From Candidatus Nealsonbacteria bacterium (lineage in GTDB: Bacteria > Patescibacteriota > Minisyncoccia > Minisyncoccales > CAZKCU01), in NCBI GenBank assembly GCA_047456305.1, contig CP179888.1:573307-637306 (forward strand): a DNA stretch of 64,000 bases, written 5' to 3'. The position numbers were made by a program, and so were the translations under genes. The notes below the pieces were generated by a model that was given only the letters and a program-made list of their open reading frames with translations, was not told the origin of the DNA and did not search any database. This document shows positions 18,439-27,918 of this stretch, one piece after another (the stretch's first letter is position 1; each line of letters opens with the position of its first letter).

Positions 18439-19848
18439 TCAAATTTTTTTGATTTTTGGTTTCCCTTTAGTATCTTCAACCCAATAGCCCATCTGCTTTA
18501 TTTTTTTCCTTATTTGATCAGCTTTTTGCCACTGTTTTTTTTGGCGGTATTCCTTTCTTATTTTTACTAATCTTAAAATATTTTCAGGGATTTTCTTTTT
18601 TTTCGGTCTTCCCCAAAAAATAAAATTCAAAACTTTATCAAATTTTCTTAAAAGGTTTAATATATCTCTAGCCTCAATTGAAGTCAGCTTACCTCTATCA
18701 AAAAGATAATTTCCCTTGTTAATTAAATGAAAAACTGAAGCTAAGGCTTTTGAAGTATTGAAATCATTATCCATGGCTTTTTCAAATTCCTTTTCGGTTC
18801 TCGAAATTAAATTTTTAACTATTTTTGATTTTTGATATTTGTTTTTACCTCTTGCCTTTTGGCTTTTAGCTTTATCTATGAATTCATCAATTTTTTCTAA
18901 TTCTCTTTTAGTTTGTAAAATTGCTCTTTCTTGATAATCAATAGGGGATTGATAAAGAGTTTTAATTACAAAAAATCTTAAGATTCGAGGAGAATTCTTC
19001 TTTAAAAAGTCTCTTATGGTAATAAAATTACCTAAAGATTTTGCCATCTTTTGACCGCTCACAGTTAAAAAACCTGAATGAATCCAATATCTAACCATAG
19101 GTTTTCTTCCAGATATAGCTTCCATCTGAGCTATTTCAGCTTCGTGGTGAGGGAAAATTAAATCTTTGGCTCCACCGTGAATATCGTATTGAAAACCGAA
19201 ATATTTTTCAGTAATGGCAGTATCCTCAATGTGCCAGCCGGGTCGGCCAAAAAACCAATGGCTTTTCCATTTCGGTTCCCCGGGTTTAGACCTTTTCCAT
19301 AAACAAAAGTCACCCCGGTTCCTTTTCTCTTTTGCCTCATCAATCCTCGATACAGCGTCTTCGGCCTGCAAAACCGTCCTTCTTGACAACTTTCCGTAAT
19401 CTTTGAATTTCGAAATGTCATAGTAAATTCCATCTTTTGTTTGATAGGCGTAACCTTTTTTCAAAAGTCTTTCAACCTGGCTTATAATTTCTTTAATGTG
19501 TTCAGTGGCTCTGGCATATTTTGTTACACTGTCAATTTTTAGACTTTTCATATCCTTCAAATATTCCTTCTCAAAGTCTCGAGCTAATTTCTGAGGAGAA
19601 ATTTTTTTCTCTTTTGCTCTTTTTATAATCTTATCATCAATATCAGTAATATTTTGAAGATAAAAAACATCAAACTTTTTCTCTCTCAGATATTTTGCAA
19701 TCACGTCAAAAACAATATAGGTCCTGGCATGTCCAATATGGGAAAGAGCGTAAACCGTCGGTCCACAGACAAACATATTTATCTTTTTTGCTCTTTTTGG
19801 TCTGAAATTTTCTTTTTTTCTGGTTAAGGTATTGTATAATTTAAGCAT
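18439..19848 (-). CDS. cysS: Cysteine--tRNA ligase
   Basis: MLKLYNTLTRKKE start, HIGHARTY (HIGH), KMAKSLGN (KMSKS). ATG 19848 is preferred to the TTG at 19893. Confidence 0.9.
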   Translation of the reverse strand: MLKLYNTLTRKKENFRPKRAKKINMFVCGPTVYALSHIGHARTYIVFDVIAKYLREKKFDVFYLQNITDIDDKIIKRAKEKKISPQKLARDFEKEYLKDMKSLKIDSVTKYARATEHIKEIISQVERLLKKGYAYQTKDGIYYDISKFKDYGKLSRRTVLQAEDAVSRIDEAKEKRNRGDFCLWKRSKPGEPKWKSHWFFGRPGWHIEDTAITEKYFGFQYDIHGGAKDLIFPHHEAEIAQMEAISGRKPMVRYWIHSGFLTVSGQKMAKSLGNFITIRDFLKKNSPRILRFFVIKTLYQSPIDYQERAILQTKRELEKIDEFIDKAKSQKARGKNKYQKSKIVKNLISRTEKEFEKAMDNDFNTSKALASVFHLINKGNYLFDRGKLTSIEARDILNLLRKFDKVLNFIFWGRPKKKKIPENILRLVKIRKEYRQKKQWQKADQIRKKIKQMGYWVEDTKGKPKIKKI

Positions 19849-19896
19849 ATTGTTTGATTTTAGCATAAAATTTACACTTTTCAAAAACTCCAATTT

Positions 19897-20508
19897 ATGT
19901 TAATCTTAAAGAAGATGAAAAAAGTAGACGCGATAATCAGTATTATAATTGGTTTTTTAATAGGAGTTTTTTTCTTTATTGGGTTGAAAAACATCGGGAA
20001 AAGCTTTCCTTATAGCTGGTTGCTTTTGATTATTTTCCCTCCTCTTGCCTTGCTTGGAATGTTTATTGCTTCCTACATTGGTAAAAAGCTTTTAATTATT
20101 TACCAGGCAGCAAAATGGGTTTTGGTAGGAGCTCTTAATACTTTTATTGATTTGGGACTACTAAATGGATTAATCTGGATTTCAGGTATTGCCACCGGGC
20201 TCTTCTTTTCGGTCTTTAAAGGAATCTCTTTTTTAGTTGCAACCCTAAATAGTTATTTTTGGAATAAACACTGGACTTTTCGCAAAAGAGAGAAAGTTTT
20301 TGCTCCCAGGGAATTTTCTAAGTTTTTGGTAGTAACTACCATTGGTCTTTTTATTAACGTGGGGATTGCTTCTTTTGTGGTGAATATTATTGGACCTCAA
20401 TATGGCATAGCAGAGAAAATGTGGGCAAATGTTGGAGCGTTGGCTGCCGTTTTAGTTGCCTGGGTCTGGAATTTTTTAGCATCCAAATTTATTGTATTTA
20501 AAAAGTGA
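19897..20508 (+). CDS. GtrA-family membrane protein
   Basis: Four TM helices with GALNTFIDLGLLNGL and a C-terminal WNFLASKFIVF pattern. Confidence 0.65.
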   Translation: MLILKKMKKVDAIISIIIGFLIGVFFFIGLKNIGKSFPYSWLLLIIFPPLALLGMFIASYIGKKLLIIYQAAKWVLVGALNTFIDLGLLNGLIWISGIATGLFFSVFKGISFLVATLNSYFWNKHWTFRKREKVFAPREFSKFLVVTTIGLFINVGIASFVVNIIGPQYGIAEKMWANVGALAAVLVAWVWNFLASKFIVFKK

Positions 20509-21629
20509 TGACAAATTTGGTCCTTTATCGCAAATACAGACCGCAAACTTTTGCTGAAATTATCGGTCAAGAACATATTGTTCAGACTTTAACCAATGCC
20601 ATCTCAACAGGGATGACTTCCCATGCCTATTTGTTTTCCGGGCCTAAAGGATCAGGAAAAACGACAATTGCCAGGCTTTTAGCAAAAGCAGTTAATTGCG
20701 AAAATCGAAAAGATGACCAATATGAGCCCTGTAATAAATGCTCGTCATGCCTTGAGATTATGGAAGGAAGGTCTATGGATTTAATTGAAATTGATGCTGC
20801 TTCCCATCGGGGAATTGATGAAATGAGAGAATTAAAAGATGGAATTCGATTCGTACCTACAAAGTCAAAATATAAGGTATTTATAATTGATGAAAGTCAT
20901 CAGCTTACGAAAGAAGCTGCCAATGCCCTCTTAAAAACTTTAGAAGAACCGCCTTCTCATGCTATTTTTGTTTTAGCCACCACTGAAATCCATAAAATGA
21001 TTCCAACCATTATCTCTCGCTGCCAAAGATTTGATTTCAGAAAACTAACTTTGCCAGAAATCATCAAAAGATTAGAAATTATTTCCCAGAAAGAAAAAGC
21101 TAAAATCGAAAAAGCGGCCTTAGAATTAATTGCCTTGAATTCTGGAGGTTCAATCAGAGATGGTGAGAGCTTATTAGACCAGATTCTAACTTTCGCCGGA
21201 ACTTCTGGGGAAGGGAAAGAAATAAAAGCTGAAGACATTAAAGATTTACTGGGATTGGTTGAAATAAATTTAGTGAGCAATTTTTGTGATTTTATTGCCG
21301 AAAAAAAAGTTTCAAAAGCTATTAATTTTTTAAACGATATAATCGATAAAGGATTAGACCTTCAAAACTTTACCAAAGCTCTGATTAATTATTTAAGACA
21401 AACTTTAATTTTAAAAATGACCGGCGGAGGAGAAGGAAATTCAATAATTACTGGATTAACCAAAGAGGAATTTCAAAAACTTGAAAAGCAAGCAACTTTC
21501 TTTAAAGAAGATGAGCTTCGAAATATTTTGGAGCTCTTCCTCGAAGCCGAAAATAAAATGAAATATTCCTCAATACCCCAATTACCCTTGGAATTAGCAA
21601 TAATTGAAGCAATCGGAGCAGGGGAGTAA
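20505..21629 (+). CDS. dnaX: DNA polymerase III gamma/tau subunit (short form)
   Basis: RPQTFAEIIGQEH, GPKGSGKTT, CNKCSSC, IIDESHQL, ISRCQRF. Confidence 0.85.
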   Translation: MMTNLVLYRKYRPQTFAEIIGQEHIVQTLTNAISTGMTSHAYLFSGPKGSGKTTIARLLAKAVNCENRKDDQYEPCNKCSSCLEIMEGRSMDLIEIDAASHRGIDEMRELKDGIRFVPTKSKYKVFIIDESHQLTKEAANALLKTLEEPPSHAIFVLATTEIHKMIPTIISRCQRFDFRKLTLPEIIKRLEIISQKEKAKIEKAALELIALNSGGSIRDGESLLDQILTFAGTSGEGKEIKAEDIKDLLGLVEINLVSNFCDFIAEKKVSKAINFLNDIIDKGLDLQNFTKALINYLRQTLILKMTGGGEGNSIITGLTKEEFQKLEKQATFFKEDELRNILELFLEAENKMKYSSIPQLPLELAIIEAIGAGE

Positions 21630-21633
21630 TTAT

Positions 21634-21704
21634 TCCGGGGTCGTCTAATGGTAGGACAGTTGGTTTTGGTCCAACCAATCTTGGTTCGAATCCAAGCCCC
21701 GGAG
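21634..21704 (+). tRNA. tRNA-Gln (anticodon TTG)
   Basis: Manual cloverleaf: acceptor TCCGGGG/CCCCGGA (U1-A72), anticodon stem GTTGG/CCAAC with loop TTTTGGT, T-arm CTTGG-TTCGAAT-CCAAG. Confidence 0.8.
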
Positions 21705-21877
21705 CCCACATTTTCATTGTTGTTTCTATTCTCTCTTTAATTGGCTCGGTCGCTCGCTACGGCTCGCTCCCTCGCCCTTATTTTATATTCAAAAATGGGT
21801 TTAAAAAAGTCAAAAAAAATTCTACTAAGCAAAACCTTTCGGTTTCGCTTTTTTATTTTCGCCAAAATTAGACAAAA

Positions 21878-21906
21878 TTGACAAAGAGAAAATAAAAATA
21901 TAAGAT
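21878..21906 (+). promoter_or_regulatory. Sigma70-type promoter of the helicase/nuclease operon
   Basis: TTGACA, 17 nt, TAAGAT. ATG of the HTH gene lies 10 nt downstream. Confidence 0.5.
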
Positions 21907-21916
21907 AAAGAATAAT

Positions 21917-22096
21917 ATGGACAAACTTTTAACTATTAAAGAAATAGCAAAAATTCTCCGTGTCAGTGAACGGTCAGTAAACCGCTATATTGAATCTGGG
22001 AAGCTCAAAGCTTCCAAAATCGGCCAATGGCGAATATCCCAAAAAGATTTAGAAGGGTTTTTGCAAAAAACTAAAAATATTAAAAAGAGAAAGTGA
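21917..22096 (+). CDS. Excisionase/MerR-type helix-turn-helix DNA-binding protein (59 aa, below ORF-track cutoff)
   Basis: Own translation: MDKLLTIKEIAKILRVSERSVNRYIESGKLKASKIGQWRISQKDLEGFL... matches the excisionase-family HTH pattern. Confidence 0.6.
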   Translation: MDKLLTIKEIAKILRVSERSVNRYIESGKLKASKIGQWRISQKDLEGFLQKTKNIKKRK

Positions 22097-22100
22097 GATC

Positions 22101-25100
22101 ATGGATCAAGTTTCATTATTAAATTTCATAAAGTATTGTTTTGGGTATATAAAATTGACTCGACAACGTTCCTTTATGCTCCAAAGTAAGCTCGCAATTA
22201 AATTGCCCGAGCATTTTTTTAATCTTGCAGAACTACTAGAAAGTGATATAGATGACAATACCGGCAAGCTGATAAATTTGGAAACTTTTTATTCTCTTGA
22301 CCCGAAAAGGATAACAAAAGAGACCCAAAAACAATATAACGAAGAGCAGTCTGTAGCAAAAAAGATAGAAGAAATTTATAACAAAGGTAGGAACGATCCT
22401 TATACTAAGCAGATTGTCTTTAGTTTCGGGTATTACGAAATTGAAATTCCTTTGGAAGAAGAAGAAATTGAATTAAGATCAGATTATTTGAGAGAGGAAG
22501 ATGAGAGTGAAAAGCCAGCGACGAAGATTGACCGTTATCCTTTATTTTCTCTTCCAATTAGTATCGAAAAAGTATTTGAAAAGGGAGCCGGTAAATATTT
22601 CATTAAGCCAATCGATACCGGGGTTCAAGTAAATATTGGTGTTCTCGCAGATATTTTAGGTGAAGATCTTTACTATAAACTGATAGAAGAATTTGGCAGA
22701 TACGAGGTGAAGGGCGATTTATCTTTGCCAATAACAAACTCGGTAATTTTTAACGAAATATGGGACAAGATCAGAGCTCAATTGAAATTAACGGATGTTA
22801 AATTTGGTGAAGACTCTTTTGTCTTTAATGAAATACGAGTAGGTATTAGTCCAAGGGCAAATTATTTTATAGCAGATGATTTACAAAAACTTTCTAAATA
22901 CGAAGAAGATGATTTTAAAAATACATCACTAATCAGTTGGATCGAGAATGAAGACCTTTCCTCAAAAGATGAGATACCAGAAGAAGGAGAACTATATTTT
23001 CCGTTCCTTTACGATGAATATCAATTAAGGGTTCTCTCAAATATCAATAATAATGCAAGCATTGTTCAGGGTCCTCCCGGAACAGGAAAATCCCAAACTA
23101 TCGCAAATCTTCTTTGTCATCTTGCCGCAAAAGGGAAAAAGATTCTCTTTGTGAGCCAGAAAGAGCAAGCTTTAAAAGTGGTAAAAGATATGTTGAAAAA
23201 ATTAGACACCCGGTATTTATTTGGATATATGCCAGATGTTGGCTCCATCCAATTAAATGAAGAAGATAGGTTAGATGGAATTGCTCCCCAGCTAGCTGCC
23301 TTAGAGTCTCACATAGATGAATTAGGTTATAAAATTTATCCGAGAAGAAAATATCCTCTTATTGTATATAAAGAGAAAAAAGGAGACACAATAACAACTC
23401 AAAGTATTAAAAATATTACCGAAAAGAAGACAGAATTAAAACAATTGTTTAGTCAATCAATCGAAGCACAAAGATTATTCTATAAGCTTTACCAAGAATT
23501 AGAGGATTTAAAGGAATATGATTTTGAGATTTCTAATTTGAGACGGTTTCAAAAAACATTTTCTGATGAGTTGCAGAAAAAAATTATAGAACTAAAGGAT
23601 GCTATAGAAAAGTTAGTTAAAGAAATTAAAAACTATGGAAGAAATAAAAAGAAGACCGGGTTTGATAAACTATTTTCTATTCTTGATCTAAAAAATAATC
23701 ACTACTCAGAGCTTATCCGAGAAATTGTTAACGATATCACTCAAGCTGGTTACGATGGGCATAATAAACTTTTGCGTAGTTTAAAAAATACTTTACAAAG
23801 GTGGCGCTTAAAGAATATTCGTTCTGCTTTACCCAGAGAATTACTTGATTATATCGATGAGCAAATTGGACAAGATATTTCAAGAACTCAAGCCATTAAG
23901 ACAATGGAAGAATTATTGAATTATTGTCGTTACCACGAACAACAAAAAGAGTTAAAAGAAATGGAAAAGGATTTAGAAGATTCGTTAAATAGTTGTGGGT
24001 CATCTAATAAAGAATTTCTTCGGATAGAAAAACTTATATCTAAGGCTAACTTCAATGAAGTTAAAGAAAAAATTCTCAGAACCTCGGAAATCCATAGACA
24101 ATTAGATGAGATTGAAACTAAAAACCCAAATGATATTAGTTTGTCTCTTGAGAAGACAGAAAAAACTCGACAGCAACGTATAGCAAAATATCTTCAAAAC
24201 ATTATTAATAAAAAAATCTTAGATAAATATAAAGAAGGAGCTTCGGTGAGAGCGATAATTAGAAAACTTGCCAAGGCCTTTGGTAAATCTAAAAAAGCAT
24301 ACAAGACTTTTGATCGGCTTAGAGATGACCCTAACAATTTTCTGGCTATTATGGATTTCATTCCAGTTTGGATAATGGAACTTGACGATGCGAGTCGGGT
24401 TATTCCTCTAGGGCCCGGAATTTTCGATTATGTTATTTTTGACGAATCTTCTCAATGCAATATCGCCTATGGAATTCCAGCAATGTACCGGGCTAAAAAA
24501 GCTCTTTTCGTAGGAGATAGTGAACAGATGCGAGATAATACGATTATCTTTAAATCAAATCGCTCTTTCGATGAATTGGCTAAAAAATATCAAATTTCTG
24601 AAGATCTTCAAATCAAGGCTACTGGAGAGGCAGTGCAGTCAATTTTAGACATAGCTCGATTAACAGGTTTTGAAGAAGTGCCGTTAAGGAATCATTATCG
24701 TTCACCGAGAGAATTAATTGGTTTTAGTAATAAATACTTCTATAAACCAAAAGGCAAAGAATTGATAATCCAAAATACTAACTATTTATCGTATAAAAAC
24801 ACTGATCAGATAATGGTCATTCATCCGATTGAAGTTGATTGGAATAAAGAAATTTCAGAAAGGATAAATGTCTCCGAGGCGGAAAAAATATTAAAGTTTT
24901 TCCGTGAACTAAAATCTGATAAACGCTACCAAGACAAATCTATTGGAATTCTTTCGTTTTTTAACGCTCAAGCAGCTTATCTCCGTGAGCTATTTGAAAA
25001 AGAAGGATATAAAGAAGAAGTTGATAATTACAAAATCGGGATTATTGAAGGAATTCAGGGCGATGAAAAAGATATTATTATCTATTCCTTTGTTATTCGG

Positions 25101-25676
25101 ACTCCAGATCAAAAAAATAAATATATTCCTCTTACAGGTGAAGGTGGAGACATTAGAGCCGGCATAAACAAAGGCAGAGTAAATGTTGCTTTCTCCCGAG
25201 CGCGATTACAAACTCACTGTTTTGTAAGTATGCCTATTGAAGAAATCCCGGACGGAATTTGGATTAAGAAATATCTTGAGTATGTAAAGGATAATTGCAA
25301 AATTGATTTTTTCTCAGTAGAGTTAAAACCTTTTGATTCTGAATTTGAAAAGAAGTTTTATAATTTTGTCTATTCAAACTTACCTAAAAAAGGGTATCGC
25401 ATCCAGAACCAAGTTAGGAGTTGCGGATTTAAAATTGACTTTGTTATCACTAATACTAAGACTGGAGAGAAGGTTGCCATTGAGTGTGATGGCCCAACTC
25501 ATTTTCAAAATGAAGCTGATGAAGAAATTGGAATCTATGCTGAAGATGATGAAGAAAGACGACAAATATTAGAAGCTGCCGGCTGGGAGTTTTGTAGAAT
25601 AAAATACTCTGATTGGATTGATGAAAAATTCGATCGTAAACTAATATTAAATGACATTATAAAGATACTCTCATAG
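22101..25676 (+). CDS. Upf1-like SF1B helicase fused to C-terminal DUF559/Vsr-fold endonuclease (DUF4011-type architecture)
   Basis: GPPGTGKSQT, FDESSQC, VGDSEQM, HYRSPRELI, IQGDEKDIIIYSFV, NVAFSRAR. C-terminus FKIDFVI...VAIECDGPTHF...AGWEFCRIKYSDW. Confidence 0.8.
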   Translation: MDQVSLLNFIKYCFGYIKLTRQRSFMLQSKLAIKLPEHFFNLAELLESDIDDNTGKLINLETFYSLDPKRITKETQKQYNEEQSVAKKIEEIYNKGRNDPYTKQIVFSFGYYEIEIPLEEEEIELRSDYLREEDESEKPATKIDRYPLFSLPISIEKVFEKGAGKYFIKPIDTGVQVNIGVLADILGEDLYYKLIEEFGRYEVKGDLSLPITNSVIFNEIWDKIRAQLKLTDVKFGEDSFVFNEIRVGISPRANYFIADDLQKLSKYEEDDFKNTSLISWIENEDLSSKDEIPEEGELYFPFLYDEYQLRVLSNINNNASIVQGPPGTGKSQTIANLLCHLAAKGKKILFVSQKEQALKVVKDMLKKLDTRYLFGYMPDVGSIQLNEEDRLDGIAPQLAALESHIDELGYKIYPRRKYPLIVYKEKKGDTITTQSIKNITEKKTELKQLFSQSIEAQRLFYKLYQELEDLKEYDFEISNLRRFQKTFSDELQKKIIELKDAIEKLVKEIKNYGRNKKKTGFDKLFSILDLKNNHYSELIREIVNDITQAGYDGHNKLLRSLKNTLQRWRLKNIRSALPRELLDYIDEQIGQDISRTQAIKTMEELLNYCRYHEQQKELKEMEKDLEDSLNSCGSSNKEFLRIEKLISKANFNEVKEKILRTSEIHRQLDEIETKNPNDISLSLEKTEKTRQQRIAKYLQNIINKKILDKYKEGASVRAIIRKLAKAFGKSKKAYKTFDRLRDDPNNFLAIMDFIPVWIMELDDASRVIPLGPGIFDYVIFDESSQCNIAYGIPAMYRAKKALFVGDSEQMRDNTIIFKSNRSFDELAKKYQISEDLQIKATGEAVQSILDIARLTGFEEVPLRNHYRSPRELIGFSNKYFYKPKGKELIIQNTNYLSYKNTDQIMVIHPIEVDWNKEISERINVSEAEKILKFFRELKSDKRYQDKSIGILSFFNAQAAYLRELFEKEGYKEEVDNYKIGIIEGIQGDEKDIIIYSFVIRTPDQKNKYIPLTGEGGDIRAGINKGRVNVAFSRARLQTHCFVSMPIEEIPDGIWIKKYLEYVKDNCKIDFFSVELKPFDSEFEKKFYNFVYSNLPKKGYRIQNQVRSCGFKIDFVITNTKTGEKVAIECDGPTHFQNEADEEIGIYAEDDEERRQILEAAGWEFCRIKYSDWIDEKFDRKLILNDIIKILS

Positions 25677-25700
25677 AAAATTAAATGAAAAATTAATTAT

Positions 25701-27188
25701 ATGAAAAAAATTACAGCTACTAATTTTTACGATTATACTAAATGCAAATATTGTGTATATTTAGAAAAAAACGGAGACCCAAAATTAAAAGATAAGATCT
25801 CCAATTTTGTGAAATTATTATGGTATAGAGGTATCCAGCATGAAGAGGCGGTTATTAAAGATTTTATTAAAAGCAAAAATAAATCTTTTGCAGAGGTTGC
25901 AAGAGATAAGCCAGCTGGTAAAGCAACTTTTATAGAAACAATTAACCTTATGAAAAGAGGAGTTGACTATATATATCAAGGAGTATTGATGGCTGATAAC
26001 TTTGTGGGCAGACCTGATTTACTTGAAAAAATAAAAGGTAATTCATCTTTTGGAGAGTACTGTTATATACCTGTTGATATTAAATCAGGAAGGGGTTATG
26101 AAGGAGAGGATTTTGATAATGGGAAAGTTAAAGAATCATATTGGCTCCAAATTAATTTCTACAGTCTTTTATTGGGCAAGATTCAAGGGTACCTTCCTAA
26201 ATTCGGTAAAATTATCAATATAGATTATCAAGAATTAGAATATAAGATCGATTTAGACAACAAAAATTTTATTAAGATTAAAGAAGATATATCATTGATG
26301 GCAAAAGGCCGTGAGTTATATCAGCCGACAATTAGTAGCAAGTGCGATTTATGTAGATGGAAAACTTATTGTAAAAAATGGGCAAACAAAAGAAAGGATT
26401 TATCTTTATTGTTTTATGTTGGTGAGATTAAATATGGATTACAGGATTGTGGAATTAATAAAATTGAGGAAATACTTAAATTGCCGTTAGAAGAATGGCT
26501 TAAAAAACTACCGGAAATAAAAAAAGAAGGACACTTTAAGGGTATTGCAGAAAAAACTTTTACCAACCTTTATAGAAGAGCGGAGGTTTACAAACAAGGC
26601 AAAGAAGTCTTTTATTCTCGGATAGAGTTTCCTGATTCAGATATAGAAATACATTTTGACATAGAAGATGACCCGACACAGGATATTACTTATTTATTTG
26701 GTTTCTGGATAAGAGAATTTTCAAAAAACAAAAGCTATTATAAATACTTCATGGCACAAGATATTAATGAAGAAGAAAAAACCGTAAAGGAGTTGTGGAG
26801 ATTTTTGCAAGAATGCTACGGAATACCAATATACCATTATTCTATGCATGAAATATCTACATTAAGAAGATTACAGCAAAAATATAAATTGACTCCAAGC
26901 CCCTTGGAACAACTTGAAGAGAAATCTATCGACTTATACAAAATAATACAAAAGTATTCTGATTGGCCTTTGACTAGTTATGGTTTGAAACCAATTTGCA
27001 AATTTATAGGTTTTCAGTGGTCTTCTGATGATGCTGGTGGAGCGAATTCAATTGAATGGTTCTCTAAATTTCTTTCTGGCGATAAGGAAATGAGAGAGAA
27101 GATATTAGAATATAATAAAGAAGACTGCGAAGCGACAGCCCACTTAAAAGATTATATACAAAAAAATGATAAATTTATCTCCAAGTAA
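25701..27188 (+). CDS. TM0106-type RecB/Cas4-like Fe-S nuclease fused to RNase-H-like (DEDD) exonuclease
   Basis: CKYC, GRPDLL, PVDIKSG, QINFYSLLL, CDLCRWKTYC; then IHFDIEDDP and YNKEDCEAT. Confidence 0.75.
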   Translation: MKKITATNFYDYTKCKYCVYLEKNGDPKLKDKISNFVKLLWYRGIQHEEAVIKDFIKSKNKSFAEVARDKPAGKATFIETINLMKRGVDYIYQGVLMADNFVGRPDLLEKIKGNSSFGEYCYIPVDIKSGRGYEGEDFDNGKVKESYWLQINFYSLLLGKIQGYLPKFGKIINIDYQELEYKIDLDNKNFIKIKEDISLMAKGRELYQPTISSKCDLCRWKTYCKKWANKRKDLSLLFYVGEIKYGLQDCGINKIEEILKLPLEEWLKKLPEIKKEGHFKGIAEKTFTNLYRRAEVYKQGKEVFYSRIEFPDSDIEIHFDIEDDPTQDITYLFGFWIREFSKNKSYYKYFMAQDINEEEKTVKELWRFLQECYGIPIYHYSMHEISTLRRLQQKYKLTPSPLEQLEEKSIDLYKIIQKYSDWPLTSYGLKPICKFIGFQWSSDDAGGANSIEWFSKFLSGDKEMREKILEYNKEDCEATAHLKDYIQKNDKFISK

Positions 27189-27903
27189 AATCAATATCTA
27201 CAAGCAGTGTCCGTTTAAATATAAATGCGAGATAGATACCGAATTAAGAAAAAAATATAAGAGAGAAACTCCTCCGCTTGTTTTCGGTAATTTGGTACAT
27301 ACTTGTTTAAATGACCTGTATAAGAGAACTCAAAAAGAAGATAGAAGTTTACAGAGACTCAGAGATTTGTTTGAACAAAAATTTAAAGCCAATCTGGCAA
27401 AACATATCAATATTTTTGGTTCGCAAGAGAATATAATAAGTTATGTAGAAAAGGCAAAGAAGATGTTTAAAAATTATACAGAAAGCGAATTTTTTGAACC
27501 GGAGCCAATGCTTACAGAAGAATTCCCTAAGTCTTTAATAAATGAAAATATTGAACTTAGAGGAAAGTTTGATAGGGTCGATCTTAATAAGAATAAATTG
27601 ACCTTAATAGATTATAAGACAGGAAAATTTAAAGAGGATGAAGCAGATAAATTTCAAGTAAGCCTTTACGAGCTTCTTTTATCAAGATACTTACCCGAAT
27701 ATACCGTAGAGGAAAAGATACTATATTATCTTGATGATAATAAAACAATCAGATTTCCATCTGAGAAAGATAGTCTTTCTGAAATAGAGAAAAAATTAAT
27801 GTCTATTGCTAATAAAATAGATAATGACAAAGAACTACTTCCGACACAAAATAATCTATGCAGATATTGCGATTATAAAGTTATATGTCCTGTTTTTAAA
27901 TAA
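27166..27903 (+). CDS. Cas4/AddB-type PD-(D/E)xK nuclease with Fe-S cysteines
   Basis: QCPFKYKC, GKFDRVD, LIDYKTGK, QVSLYELLL, CRYCDYKVIC. Overlaps the upstream gene by 23 nt. Confidence 0.75.
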   Translation: MINLSPSKINIYKQCPFKYKCEIDTELRKKYKRETPPLVFGNLVHTCLNDLYKRTQKEDRSLQRLRDLFEQKFKANLAKHINIFGSQENIISYVEKAKKMFKNYTESEFFEPEPMLTEEFPKSLINENIELRGKFDRVDLNKNKLTLIDYKTGKFKEDEADKFQVSLYELLLSRYLPEYTVEEKILYYLDDNKTIRFPSEKDSLSEIEKKLMSIANKIDNDKELLPTQNNLCRYCDYKVICPVFK

Positions 27904-27918
27904 AAGAATTACAATTTG

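Noticed and set aside
21473-21717. Minus-strand ORFs overlapping tRNA-Gln, and 9431-9640 overlapping tRNA-Glu
   Set aside because: They run across tRNA genes and the ends of dnaX and the ATPase. These are artefacts of open antisense frames.
25701-27903. Cas4-like nucleases as evidence of a CRISPR-Cas locus
   Set aside because: No cas1, cas2 or effector genes, and no array of short regularly spaced repeats anywhere in the window. The Cas4-type motif set is shared with AddB/RecB-family nucleases.
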